A DNA stretch of 64,000 nt from the IMG/VR virus record IMGVR_UViG_2595698887_000001. One strand, 5' to 3'. The translations under genes were made by a program, and so were the position numbers. The stretch is from a virus (Duplodnaviria; Heunggongvirae; Uroviricota; Caudoviricetes). Shown piece by piece: positions 36,941 to 46,404 of the stretch; the first letter of the stretch is position 1; each line of letters begins with the position of its first letter. Below the pieces are notes generated by a model that was not told where the DNA came from, searched no databases, and saw only the letters and a program-made list of their open reading frames with translations.

Positions 36941-37285
36941 TTAGTAATTGTTTCTCAGAATGGTCACACCATACCGAGCCATGCTCTCTTTTGCAAGCAT
37001 AAATTTGTGTCCTGCCGATGGATTAGATGTATGCACGAACAGCTTAACCGGACCAAACAACATCTTACCAAAGACGATCTTTTCCTCAAGATTAAGGAAG
37101 CACCAATACCCATCATGGTCTGAGTTCTCACCAAGATCGTTATCGAAGTGCCACTCGGTGACACGACGATATGGTTTACTACGATCTTCGAGGAACTCCA
37201 TAAACTCTTCAGAGTTCTTCAACCACAGGGCACCCGGATAACCATAATCTTTTGGATCACGAAGGTCATCCAACCAAATGATCAT
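36941..37285 (-). CDS. hypothetical protein
   Basis: 114 aa. IWLDDLRDP...HFDNDLG...VHTSNP motifs, family not recognised. Confidence 0.4.
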   Translation of the reverse strand: MIIWLDDLRDPKDYGYPGALWLKNSEEFMEFLEDRSKPYRRVTEWHFDNDLGENSDHDGYWCFLNLEEKIVFGKMLFGPVKLFVHTSNPSAGHKFMLAKESMARYGVTILRNNY

Positions 37286-37518
37286 TTCTCACCCCTTTCC
37301 TTGTGGGGGTAGATTGAACACCCAACACCGTAGCAGCAGATCATGGCAATGATGAATAGAATACCACCAAAAATTACTTGACCACCAAGCGTTTCGATAA
37401 CCCAATTCACAAAAATTATCAGTGCAGACAACAATACAAACACAGATAACCCAATGATAAATCTAGTAATTACCGAAACAGCACGGTCGCATTTGTCCTT
37501 AATACTCATAAGTTTCAT
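37282..37518 (-). CDS. small membrane protein
   Basis: 78 aa with 2 TM helices. Confidence 0.4.
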   Translation of the reverse strand: MKLMSIKDKCDRAVSVITRFIIGLSVFVLLSALIIFVNWVIETLGGQVIFGGILFIIAMICCYGVGCSIYPHKERGEK

Positions 37519-38477
37519 TTGCGGTCCTCGAAATATTTTTCAATGATCATACGCCGATACTGAGAGTCCTTAGCAGCCCACTCTTCTTTTTCGTAAGCCC
37601 AGCGAAGCCAGTCAAGGAGTTCGTAGAACTCTTCGTCAATACGCTTCTTGGCTTCTTTCGGGTTGTCCCAGATCATATCCCACTTGTTTTGACTACCACG
37701 CATCAGGAACTTCTTCGCCAGGTAGTGTGGGGACTTGATTTTCAGAAGCAGAGAGTACGGTGCTTCGATGCTACGAACAACAAAACCCTCGTGCTGACAA
37801 TTCTTCGCCATTTCTACGACATCACCGAACTGAATCATTCGGGAAGTATCCTTTCCTGTTTTTGTGTAACTGTAGACTTCTGGGCGCAAGAATCCGTATT
37901 GCTTTGCGAACGCATCCAGGCCACCTTCAGGAACCATGTATGTGATATCACTTTTGTGAATTCGAATACCAATCAAATACGCGCCAGACTTCTCTTGCAC
38001 GATGTGCGGGTCACTTTGATCGCAAATTTCGAAAACGAATGTCGCATTTGCATCAGAAATCCACTTTACAAGACCACACATATCGGTGCAGTGGTCGATG
38101 AGAATATCCTCTGCCATTCTAGCGAACTCAGAATCCAGTGTGCCAGTGGTGGAAACGATAAGTTTTCCATCTCGCGCACCAACAGAGGCCATGAATCCGT
38201 TTACTTTACGGACAACCTCAACACTCTGGTCAAGTGGTAAGTCAGTTCCGTTCTCGAAGCGGTTGAAAATCTTAGTGAAAGGCCAGATAACAACGTTGTC
38301 CTCTGCATCAACAACCATGCCACGGCACTCAAGAAGACGTGCGTCAGTGTGCCAAAGGTTGTCCCAGAACACATTGTTCTTATATTTCAGTACAGACAGA
38401 CCCGCGAACGGGCCTTCGGTGTAAGTCTTTTTGGTTACCAACTTCTTAGCGACTAGATCGTCTACGTTGAATTTCAT
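37515..38477 (-). CDS. RNA ligase (Rnl2-like covalent nucleotidyltransferase)
   Basis: KVNGF is motif I (KxNG), EGFVVR is motif IV, and LLKIKS is motif V. Confidence 0.6.
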   Translation of the reverse strand: MKFNVDDLVAKKLVTKKTYTEGPFAGLSVLKYKNNVFWDNLWHTDARLLECRGMVVDAEDNVVIWPFTKIFNRFENGTDLPLDQSVEVVRKVNGFMASVGARDGKLIVSTTGTLDSEFARMAEDILIDHCTDMCGLVKWISDANATFVFEICDQSDPHIVQEKSGAYLIGIRIHKSDITYMVPEGGLDAFAKQYGFLRPEVYSYTKTGKDTSRMIQFGDVVEMAKNCQHEGFVVRSIEAPYSLLLKIKSPHYLAKKFLMRGSQNKWDMIWDNPKEAKKRIDEEFYELLDWLRWAYEKEEWAAKDSQYRRMIIEKYFEDRK

Positions 38478-38626
38478 TTTCTCTCCTCAATCTGAGACTT
38501 TTCAGTATTTTTAGCACTTCTTTTTGTGCTAGTTTCATTTCTTGGTAATCATCATAAATGCTCAGGTCCAGCATGTCAACGTAATCTTCAAGCTCTGAGA
38601 TTAAAAATGCGACATTACCCAACTGA

Positions 38627-38983
38627 TTAAGATCTTTTTTCATAACCTTCTGCCTGGTAATAGGTTGTATTGTAAGGTGTTTCAATGCTGAAACTGATCT
38701 GACAGAGTTCTTGAGCCAAGAATGTGCCTAGTTCAACAGCCATATCCAGGATTTCGTGCTCAGGACGCTCAAAGCGCGGGTATTGCATGATCCGAACAGT
38801 CATGCCATCCTCAACCCCGCCAGTATACACGTAGGTACACGGAGAGATCTGCACACAAGCACCCTTCATCACCCACTGACGACACAGGTTTTCAGCCTGA
38901 TTGTAGTTTCCAGCGATGTGAATTGTGGCATAGAAAGACTTAGAAGTCTTCTTTGGTAAAAAATTACGATGTTTGTTGTGCAT
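38627..38983 (-). CDS. hypothetical protein
   Basis: MHNKHRN follows GGAGAG. Confidence 0.4.
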   Translation of the reverse strand: MHNKHRNFLPKKTSKSFYATIHIAGNYNQAENLCRQWVMKGACVQISPCTYVYTGGVEDGMTVRIMQYPRFERPEHEILDMAVELGTFLAQELCQISFSIETPYNTTYYQAEGYEKRS

Positions 38984-38984
38984 A

Positions 38985-39578
38985 TTACTCTCCATGATCA
39001 GCAGTGTAAATTGGTTTAGCAAGGCACATCAGAACAGCTTCACGCATCGTCAAAGGACGACCATGCACATCCCAACCCACATCCAGAATACGTCCACCAG
39101 GGGCCGTATAGGAGCCGTGGCTATGACCGTGCAGCATTACCGACCCGTGATGAGCTTTATTCCATGATGCAAAAGGATAGTGGGACATACACACCTTCAC
39201 CTTTTCTTTCCCGGTGCTGAACTCAATTTCCTTGTAGTCCACGACTTCATGACCAAACTCACGGAAGATACGCTTTGTCTGATGGTTATCATGATTACCA
39301 CCAACCAAAATGATCTTTCCATTGATACGGCTCAGGATATCACGAACCTTTGGCTCAACCTGCTTACCATAGGCAATAACGAAATCACCCAGGTGCGCCA
39401 CCACATCGTCAGGCTTGACGTGTTTGTTCCACGTCTTAACCATGTCATCGTTCATTTTGACAACGGAGGCTGAGTCTTCTTTTGGGCCATAAAGGTTCTT
39501 ACGGAACTTATCGCACGATGGGAATCCAAGGATGTTGGTATGCCACCAGTGAGTGTCTGATGAAACGTGGTCGATCAT
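38985..39578 (-). CDS. calcineurin-like metallophosphoesterase (lambda-phosphatase-type)
   Basis: GDFVIAYG, GNHD and HGHSH metal-binding motifs. Confidence 0.65.
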   Translation of the reverse strand: MIDHVSSDTHWWHTNILGFPSCDKFRKNLYGPKEDSASVVKMNDDMVKTWNKHVKPDDVVAHLGDFVIAYGKQVEPKVRDILSRINGKIILVGGNHDNHQTKRIFREFGHEVVDYKEIEFSTGKEKVKVCMSHYPFASWNKAHHGSVMLHGHSHGSYTAPGGRILDVGWDVHGRPLTMREAVLMCLAKPIYTADHGE

Positions 39579-39874
39579 TTATTCTCCTGATTTCTTTTTT
39601 CCAGTTCTTCTTGAATGTGACATGAAACGTCACGTACTTCACCTTCTAAATCGTGCAGCACAGGACGGAGTATATCACGGATAATCTGTCTCTGGGAAGG
39701 TGTTATTAAATTAGCCTTCATAGCTTCACGACAAACCTGGAAGGTTGCGGTGATATTTTTCTGCTTTTCTTTCAACATGGTCTTTCTTCTGTTTAGTTTT
39801 GCAAGTCTACTCATTTCTTCTTCCTCTTCGTTGTTTTCTTGTACAAACCTAACGCAGCATTTTCCTTGGCGCAA
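39575..39874 (-). CDS. hypothetical protein
   Basis: 99 aa. Possibly starts at the internal MSRLAKL. Confidence 0.35.
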   Translation of the reverse strand: MRQGKCCVRFVQENNEEEEEMSRLAKLNRRKTMLKEKQKNITATFQVCREAMKANLITPSQRQIIRDILRPVLHDLEGEVRDVSCHIQEELEKRNQENK

Positions 39875-40095
39875 GTGAGAACTCTTTCGATCTTACGACG
39901 ATCAACCTCCGGCATATTAAGCTCCCACCAACCCATCCAGTAGATCTGGTCTTTGGTTAGTGGTTCTGCTTCAGGGTCTGCCTCTTGATCATGAAGACGC
40001 TGGAGAGCTTCCTTGATCACACCAACATCGGTTGTGAACACAAACGCTTCTGTGTCGAACTTATCCTTAACAGGCTTCTTAATATCTTTTTTCAT
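39811..40095 (-). CDS. hypothetical protein
   Basis: 94 aa with a Lys-rich C-terminus. Confidence 0.4.
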   Translation of the reverse strand: MKKDIKKPVKDKFDTEAFVFTTDVGVIKEALQRLHDQEADPEAEPLTKDQIYWMGWWELNMPEVDRRKIERVLTCAKENAALGLYKKTTKRKKK

Positions 40096-40382
40096 TTTAT
40101 CTCCGTAGCCGGGTAAGCATAAAGGATTCCATCACGAATGTTACGGTTGTGCTGCCACACAATAAGCTTCATGCACACCAAATTGACTACATGACGATCA
40201 CCATGAATGTAGACACTGGAGTCCATCCATGTCTTACCCCAGTCAACCCGACTGTCGAGATACAGCTTAACACCATATCGTTTCTCCGCTGCACTCATAA
40301 TCTCCAAGAGGGCTTCATAAGCCTCTTTGTAGATTGAGTTATCGCAGGTAATGCTCTTCATATCCAAATTAACCCTCCACAA
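40092..40382 (-). CDS. hypothetical protein
   Basis: 96 aa. Confidence 0.4.
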   Translation of the reverse strand: MWRVNLDMKSITCDNSIYKEAYEALLEIMSAAEKRYGVKLYLDSRVDWGKTWMDSSVYIHGDRHVVNLVCMKLIVWQHNRNIRDGILYAYPATEIK

Positions 40383-40478
40383 TAGCCCTCAGAGCCTCTG
40401 AGCGGCCCTGTATTGAATTAAACAGGTGCAGGGAACCCAAGTGTACCACCACACCATTAAAACCTCTTACAACGCTTC

Positions 40479-40823
40479 TCAGAGCGTTATACGAATCTCA
40501 CTGAGATCCACCACACAATTATTACTCTCGATATGTTCCACTGTCAAGTCCTTATACCACACCACAGTGACATTTCTTCGTCTTAGACGACTACGTAATG
40601 ACGTGAGGTAGTCTCCGAACACTTCCTGTTCAGACTTACCATCTGGTAAAACTACACACACATTTTGTTCTTTCATTGATTCATGAAACACATCACGAAT
40701 CAACATGAGCCTTGACTTCTCCTCGTCAGTCTGTTCAGCTTTACGACGAGGTTTACCACTCACAGTCTTCGACTGACCACACACCATATCACCAATATCT
40801 TTTGCTTGTTTACTTGACAACAT
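40479..40823 (-). CDS. hypothetical protein (first gene of minus early operon)
   Basis: MLSSKQAKD follows AAGGAG. Confidence 0.45.
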   Translation of the reverse strand: MLSSKQAKDIGDMVCGQSKTVSGKPRRKAEQTDEEKSRLMLIRDVFHESMKEQNVCVVLPDGKSEQEVFGDYLTSLRSRLRRRNVTVVWYKDLTVEHIESNNCVVDLSEIRITL

Positions 40824-40848
40824 TACAATCTCCTTTAACAATACGAGC

Positions 40849-40876
40849 ATTCTACATGAACAAAATCTGAAGTCAA
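40849..40876 (-). promoter_or_regulatory. sigma70-like promoter (TTGACT-N16-TAGAAT) driving minus-strand early operon
   Basis: The reverse complement reads GGGGTTGACTtcagattttgttcatgTAGAATgc, about 20 nt upstream of the RBS of 40479..40823. Confidence 0.55.
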
Positions 40877-41045
40877 CCCCTTGACAGCACATTCCTGTTC
40901 ATTCATACTGCGGTTCATCAAGTGAACGACTCTTTGATAGTAGAATATATAGATCATACTAAAAGATCTTGTTTTTAGATCTTATGTTTTATTGTTTTTA
41001 TAAAAGAGTATTGTTTTATTTATTTTATATAGTATTTATTTCTGT

Positions 41046-41088
41046 TATCAATTTGAGACTAGGCTTAGTATCAATTTGAGTATAGGCT
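41046..41088. repeat. two 20-bp direct repeats TATCAATTTGAG(AC/TA)TAGGCT (18/20 identical)
   Basis: Copies at 41046-41065 and 41069-41088, immediately upstream of the RBS of the HTH gene. An AT-rich tract at 40960-41045 precedes them. Confidence 0.6.
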
Positions 41089-41101
41089 ATGGAGGAGAGA
41101 C

Positions 41102-41419
41102 ATGGGGTACATCGCGTCAGGTAAGCACATCTACGGTAACTTCGAGCTGAAGTTGCTGTCGGTGACCTGCGCCTCGTCCAACGACAAGATTGTGTACCTC
41201 TACATGCGTCATCAGTATCACTACTTCAAGTCTCTCCGGAAAACGTATCATGAGTCGCTTGATAGTATTGCTGATGCCACAGGATTATCGAGGGCAACTG
41301 TTGCCCGGTGTGTGAGCAACCTTGAAAAGATAAAGTGGTTGACAAAGGACACAACACGCACCAATATGGGCCACAACAAAACGATTTACGAAATTCACAA
41401 TTGGACAGAGGAGAAATAA
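41102..41419 (+). CDS. helix-turn-helix DNA-binding protein
   Basis: SLDSIADATGLSRATVARCVSNLEKIKWL. GGAGGAG RBS. Confidence 0.55.
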   Translation: MGYIASGKHIYGNFELKLLSVTCASSNDKIVYLYMRHQYHYFKSLRKTYHESLDSIADATGLSRATVARCVSNLEKIKWLTKDTTRTNMGHNKTIYEIHNWTEEK

Positions 41420-41420
41420 A

Positions 41421-42233
41421 ATGAGTATTGAATTACGTTTGAACAACCTGGTTGTTCCTGTAGACCACTTCACCTTTAAGGGTGGTGAGGAACAGGTCAA
41501 GATTGACCTAAAACACGCACCGAAAGGCGGTATTGGTTTCGTAGATATCACTGCAAAAATCAAAAATTCAACCGATGTGATGGCACTGGCTATGCTGGTT
41601 GATGCGTGTTCTCGTCTGGAAGGATTGCATAACCACGCAGAGTTCACCCTGCACCTTCCATACATCCCGTATGCACGACAAGACCGTGTAATGAACCCTG
41701 GTGAAGCGTTATCCATTAAGGTTTTCGCAAACATCGTAAACTCACTCGGCTTTGACACGGTTATCGTTGATGACCCGCACAGCGATGTTTCTGCTGCACT
41801 GCTCAATAACGTCCGTATCCGTGGTCAGGATGTTCTTATTTCCGAGATGAAAGATCTTGGCAACTCCACATTGCATAGCAACTCTTTGGTTGTGGTAGCA
41901 CCTGATGCGGGTGCTCGCAAGAAAGCCCATAAGGTTGCTGACCGATTCAGTCTTCCTCTTGTTGAGGCTGGTAAAGTACGTGATTTACAGACCAACGAAA
42001 TCACTGGTACTGCGGTGTTCGGAGATGTTGAAGGTAAAGTGTGTATGATTGTTGATGATATCTGCGACGGTGGTCGTACATTCATCGCCCTTGCACAGGC
42101 CCTGAAAGAAAACGGTGCAAAACGTGTTATTCTGTACGTTACCCACGGTATCTTTTCTTTCGGTAAACAGGTCATCCTCGATGGTGGGGTTGATGAAATC
42201 TATGCGTATCATGACTGGACGGAGAATTTTTAA
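41421..42233 (+). CDS. prs: ribose-phosphate pyrophosphokinase (PRPP synthetase)
   Basis: PRPP-binding loop VVDDICDGGRT and an N-terminal Prs domain. 270 aa. Confidence 0.75.
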   Translation: MSIELRLNNLVVPVDHFTFKGGEEQVKIDLKHAPKGGIGFVDITAKIKNSTDVMALAMLVDACSRLEGLHNHAEFTLHLPYIPYARQDRVMNPGEALSIKVFANIVNSLGFDTVIVDDPHSDVSAALLNNVRIRGQDVLISEMKDLGNSTLHSNSLVVVAPDAGARKKAHKVADRFSLPLVEAGKVRDLQTNEITGTAVFGDVEGKVCMIVDDICDGGRTFIALAQALKENGAKRVILYVTHGIFSFGKQVILDGGVDEIYAYHDWTENF

Positions 42234-42766
42234 TGACTGAATCAACAAGTTTTATTTTTGTTGTCGATACAGATTCCTATGCTGGTAATTTTGAGCGTGA
42301 CATGTGCGCTCATATCACCGGGCAGATTGGTGAATGCGGTGTTGGTGCAGAGTACCGCACCGATATTGAAGACCTGAAAGAAGACCATTACGATTTTGAT
42401 CTCGAAAAAATCTGTGAGTGGTTAGAAAATAATGTTCTCCAGGTTCCAGATGAACACGCCTGCTATCGCCCATGTGCGATTTACCCAACACCGGGGCGCA
42501 CAAACAACGGTAGTGGTGTGCATTCTGATGTGACCGAAAATAATCCATTCAAGTGGCCTGCATACGAAAGTGTAGCTATCTACATCCGTGAAGAACCACC
42601 TGAAGATGTGGTACGTTTCATGGTCATCCGTGCAAACACTTTCTACATTCGTGCGACCAAGTGGTCACCAGCCAAAGAAATCAAGGTAAAAGGTTGCCGA
42701 TTGGTTAAAGAAACCACAACTGTAAAAACAGAATCGAAATCTTTAGATTTTTCACTTGACATCTAA
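42233..42766 (+). CDS. hypothetical protein embedded between prs and nadV
   Basis: 177 aa coupled by ATGA to prs. No recognisable motif. Confidence 0.5.
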   Translation: MTESTSFIFVVDTDSYAGNFERDMCAHITGQIGECGVGAEYRTDIEDLKEDHYDFDLEKICEWLENNVLQVPDEHACYRPCAIYPTPGRTNNGSGVHSDVTENNPFKWPAYESVAIYIREEPPEDVVRFMVIRANTFYIRATKWSPAKEIKVKGCRLVKETTTVKTESKSLDFSLDI

Positions 42767-42819
42767 ATTGAACGGGGTGTAGAATCACCCCATCAAAACA
42801 CACAAAGGAGAAACAAAAC

Positions 42820-44523
42820 ATGCTGCATAAAGAAAGTCCACTTTGCCACGCCGACTTTTATAAACCCTCACACATCTCCATGTACGATCAACGTTCTGAG
42901 ATTGTTCAGGACAACATGACACCACGTAATGCAAAGCACTTCATTCATTTCGCTGATAATGACCAGCGTGTGATGATGGCTGGCCTGCAAGGTTTCATCA
43001 AGTGGTTCCTGATCGATATGTTTAACGAAAACTTTTTCAAAATGAAAAAGGAAGACGCTCTGGCCCAGTACAAAGAAATTTGTGATCTGAGCATCGGTCC
43101 GAACATGGTTGAAACATGGGGCTTTGAAAAACTTCACGACCTCGGTTATCTGCCACTGGAAATCCGCTCAATTCCTGAAGGTACACTGTCTCCAGTACAG
43201 GTTCCGCTGTTCACCATCCAGAACACGCACCCTGATTTCTACTGGTTGCCGAACTTCCTGGAAAGTGTGATCTCCGCAGAAACCTGGAAAACTATCACAA
43301 CTGCAACTACATTCTGGCAGTATCGTAAGCTGTCTGAAGCGTGGGCCGCTGAGACCTGTGATAACAATCTGCACGTTCCGTTCCAGAACCACTGCTTTGC
43401 ATATCGCGGTGAATCCGGTACTCACGATGCAGCACAGAGCGAGTTTGGTCAACTGATCAACTCAATGGGTACAGATACCATCCCTGCGATTCTGTATGCA
43501 ATGCGTTATTACAACATGAAAGGCAAGTTCGTTGCTGGTTCTATCCCTGCATCAGAACACAGTGTTGCAACCACGAACATCGGTTTTATCGTTGGTCGTC
43601 TGAAAACAGAAAATCCTGATCTGTCTCTTGATGAACTGCGTTTCCTGGCTGAAGTTGAATTCCTGAAACGCTACATCACGGAAATTTTCCCGAAAGGTTT
43701 TGTTTCCTACGTGGCAGACAGCTATGACTTCTGGGCTATTATTACTCGTGCAGCACGGATTCTGAAAGAAGAAATCATGGCTCGTGACGGTCGTGTTGTA
43801 TTCCGCCCTGATTCAGGTATTCCGGAACACATCATTGCTGGTTATCGTCATAGCGGAATTAAATATTTCTCTGTAGATGAAGCTTGTAATGACGATGAGA
43901 TGGACAGCGAAGTAGTCAATGTAGGTGACAAGTGGTATCGTGTCTATGTCGTAGAAGCACCTGCGAAAGGCATTGGTTCAAACTATTCTGTAAAAGTGGA
44001 TCTGGAAAATGAACTGCAAGAGCACGAAGTTAAAGGTGCAGTTGAATGCCTATGGGACATCTTTGGTGGGGAAGTTAACTCCAAAGGTTACAAGGTTCTT
44101 GATACTCACGTAGGCCTGATCTACGGTGACTCGATTACCGTTGCTCGTGCAAAAGATATCTTTGAACGTCTGAAAGATAAAGGTTTTGCATCCAGCAATA
44201 TCGTGTTTGGTGTTGGTTCTTATACCACTCAGTACACAACCCGCGATTCACTGGGTATGGCTGTTAAAGCGACGGGCGCTGTGATTGATGGTCAGCAGAT
44301 CATGGTTGTCAAAGAGCCGAAGACTGACCTCGGTAAGAAATCTGCAAAAGGTTTCCTGAAAGTTGTTCGCAATATGTTCGGTCAGTTAGAACTGGTTGAC
44401 AATTGCCAACTAGAAGAGGTACAGTCAGCAGATAACGAACTGCGTCGTGTGTTCTACAACGGCAAGTTGATTGTCGATGAAGATCTGACAACGATTCGTG
44501 AACGAGCAGCCGCTCAGTTGTAA
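42820..44523 (+). CDS. nadV: nicotinamide phosphoribosyltransferase (NAMPT/NadV)
   Basis: DFYKPSH, PEGTLSPVQVPLFTIQNTHPDFYWLPNFLES and FAYRGES align with human NAMPT motifs. Confidence 0.85.
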   Translation: MLHKESPLCHADFYKPSHISMYDQRSEIVQDNMTPRNAKHFIHFADNDQRVMMAGLQGFIKWFLIDMFNENFFKMKKEDALAQYKEICDLSIGPNMVETWGFEKLHDLGYLPLEIRSIPEGTLSPVQVPLFTIQNTHPDFYWLPNFLESVISAETWKTITTATTFWQYRKLSEAWAAETCDNNLHVPFQNHCFAYRGESGTHDAAQSEFGQLINSMGTDTIPAILYAMRYYNMKGKFVAGSIPASEHSVATTNIGFIVGRLKTENPDLSLDELRFLAEVEFLKRYITEIFPKGFVSYVADSYDFWAIITRAARILKEEIMARDGRVVFRPDSGIPEHIIAGYRHSGIKYFSVDEACNDDEMDSEVVNVGDKWYRVYVVEAPAKGIGSNYSVKVDLENELQEHEVKGAVECLWDIFGGEVNSKGYKVLDTHVGLIYGDSITVARAKDIFERLKDKGFASSNIVFGVGSYTTQYTTRDSLGMAVKATGAVIDGQQIMVVKEPKTDLGKKSAKGFLKVVRNMFGQLELVDNCQLEEVQSADNELRRVFYNGKLIVDEDLTTIRERAAAQL

Positions 44524-44532
44524 TAAAATTTT

Positions 44533-44558
44533 AATCAAAGCCCCTTCTGGGGCTTTTC
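44533..44558 (+). terminator. intrinsic terminator
   Basis: AAAGCCCC-ttct-GGGGCTTT followed by TCTGG, 3' of nadV. Confidence 0.55.
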
Positions 44559-44571
44559 TGGTAGATAAACT

Positions 44572-44883
44572 ATGGAAAATCCATGCAAATGGCATGAAGT
44601 GCCAGTACGTGATTGCCTGACGTGCAACAACACACCAACAAACCCGTATTATATTAAGGAGCCTAAGATGTTTGGACCAGTAATGATGGAATGTAAAGTC
44701 TGCAAAGAAGAATTCGAGGCAGATCTCGAAGCCCACGGGCCGGGTGTTTGCATCATCTCTTTTGATTGTGGACATACAATGCACGCTACAAAAGGAGAAA
44801 CCCGTTGGGTTAATACAAAAACGGGGAACGTAGACCTGGTTGAAACCGAAAAACAGATCAAGGAGTCAGATTTAAGTGCGTAA
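44572..44883 (+). CDS. Cys-rich zinc-ribbon protein
   Basis: CLTCN...CKVCK...CGH. 103 aa. Confidence 0.45.
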   Translation: MENPCKWHEVPVRDCLTCNNTPTNPYYIKEPKMFGPVMMECKVCKEEFEADLEAHGPGVCIISFDCGHTMHATKGETRWVNTKTGNVDLVETEKQIKESDLSA

Positions 44884-45085
44884 TTATGTTGCAAAAAACG
44901 ATTTTAACCGTGCTTCTGTACACACAGACCAAAAGAAAGCGTGGGAGCCAGACATTCTTGATGGTCTTGAGGAGCATCTCCTTGAGATTGAGAACCCGAA
45001 AGATGATGAAGAAGAGTTAACGCCGGAACAAAAACTGGCTATAGCAGAGTATTCACGGGGTGTCAAGGCATCTGGCATTGTTTGA

Positions 45086-45114
45086 TTGACAAAAATAGTG
45101 ACCACTGATAAGAT
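45086..45114 (+). promoter_or_regulatory. sigma70-like promoter (TTGACA-N17-TAAGAT; cactgaTAA motif)
   Basis: TTGACAaaaatagtgaccacTGaTAAGAT, upstream of the CDS 45165. Confidence 0.55.
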
Positions 45115-45164
45115 CTAAGTTATCGAAACAACTCGATTTCTTAATTAACTAACGGTAGGTCATT

Positions 45165-45410
45165 ATGTTTAAATTAAAACTTGTACACAAATCTGATAAT
45201 GGAGAGTATATTGAACACGAATCACATCACGTCACCCTGGACGAAGCGACTGAAGAAGCTGATGATATCGCTTTTGCTACGACTGGCTACGGCATTGAAG
45301 CCTGGAAATATGTTGCATCCTTCGGAGAGGAAGGCGGCTTATACTATTTCTACCCCGTTGACGGTGATTCCACGATCAAGTACGCTCTCCGAATCTTCCG
45401 GACAGTCTAA
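45165..45410 (+). CDS. hypothetical acidic protein
   Basis: 81 aa. Confidence 0.45.
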   Translation: MFKLKLVHKSDNGEYIEHESHHVTLDEATEEADDIAFATTGYGIEAWKYVASFGEEGGLYYFYPVDGDSTIKYALRIFRTV

Positions 45411-45486
45411 AAACCGCAAGCAGCGCCGTGCTGAAGCGGCGATTACACGTTCAAAACGAAAAGGAGCAAAACGATGAAAGACGAAT

Positions 45487-45723
45487 TTGATGGGTTCGTT
45501 GGTTTCGGAGAGGGTATTTCCTCTGAGGAAGACTTTGGATTCTGATAATTACTGCATTGCATTCTCTGAAAGAGACTGGCCCCATGAAAGCCTGCGTGGT
45601 ATGTATCACCACATGGCTTGCAAGCAGTGCGGCAAACAGTATATCGGGCCAAAAAGAGAGGTGTTCTGTTTTATTTGTGAAAAAGATAAAAAAGACATTG
45701 ACAATGGAAAGGATAGTAAGTAG
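45487..45723 (+). CDS. small zinc-ribbon protein (start uncertain)
   Basis: CKQCGK...CFICEK. Confidence 0.3.
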   Translation: MMGSLVSERVFPLRKTLDSDNYCIAFSERDWPHESLRGMYHHMACKQCGKQYIGPKREVFCFICEKDKKDIDNGKDSK

Positions 45724-45746
45724 TATTCACCTTACCAAGACGAGAT

Positions 45747-45823
45747 GGTTCTGTAGCTTAGTTGGTTAGAGCGCTTCCCTCATAAGGAAGAGGTCGCAGG
45801 TTCAATCCCTGCCAGAACTACCA
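45747..45823 (+). tRNA. tRNA-Met/Ile2 (anticodon CAT)
   Basis: Cloverleaf with GGTTCTG/CAGAACT acceptor, anticodon loop CTCATAA, T-loop TTCAATC, and an encoded CCA. Confidence 0.75.
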
Positions 45824-45837
45824 AACCAGGAGAGACC

Positions 45838-46005
45838 ATGAATAAGATTTATGATTTTTTCGGAATTGGTAAACCCAAGAGCATGTCTTCAAACTGGGAT
45901 TCCAGAATGGACTCATCTGTAGGGAATAGTAATTCTGTGCACGACCGTTATGATGTTTCACTCGGTCTTCATAAAGAAACGAAAAAAGATTCAAAAAACG
46001 ATTGA
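45838..46005 (+). CDS. small hypothetical protein (55 aa)
   Basis: GGAGAGACC then ATG. MNKIYDFFGIGKPK... Confidence 0.3.
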   Translation: MNKIYDFFGIGKPKSMSSNWDSRMDSSVGNSNSVHDRYDVSLGLHKETKKDSKND

Positions 46006-46074
46006 CAAAGGAAGTACGAAATATTAGTATTACCAACGTCAACAAGACATTAGCAAATAGAGGAGAAATACAAC

Positions 46075-46404
46075 ATGGCTAAGAAAAACGCAACTAAGAA
46101 AGTTTCTGCAATCGACGCAATCAAACAGCCTTTCCAGTTTGAGTCGAAGTCAACGCAGACTCACTCTGCACCACACGATGTTCGTCTGGGCGGTGTAACC
46201 AAGACCGTTTCCATTCGTAAAAAGCGTCGTGATGAAGACGGCAACGTTGTATTCATCTGGGAATCCGTTTCCCGTGTTGAAGGCGGTCAGGTAATTTCTG
46301 CCTCACACCGTGTTCGCACTGGCAAGACCAAGCGTGAACGCGCTGGTAAAGCTAAGGACGCTAAGGTTGTTGAAGCCGTAGCGCCTAAAGGTAAGAAGAA
46401 GTAA
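46075..46404 (+). CDS. basic Lys/Arg-rich protein
   Basis: AGGAGAAATAC RBS. 109 aa, pI high. Confidence 0.5.
   Translation: MAKKNATKKVSAIDAIKQPFQFESKSTQTHSAPHDVRLGGVTKTVSIRKKRRDEDGNVVFIWESVSRVEGGQVISASHRVRTGKTKRERAGKAKDAKVVEAVAPKGKKK

Noticed and set aside
37689-38240. 183-aa plus-strand ORF
   Set aside because: Antisense to the RNA ligase gene.
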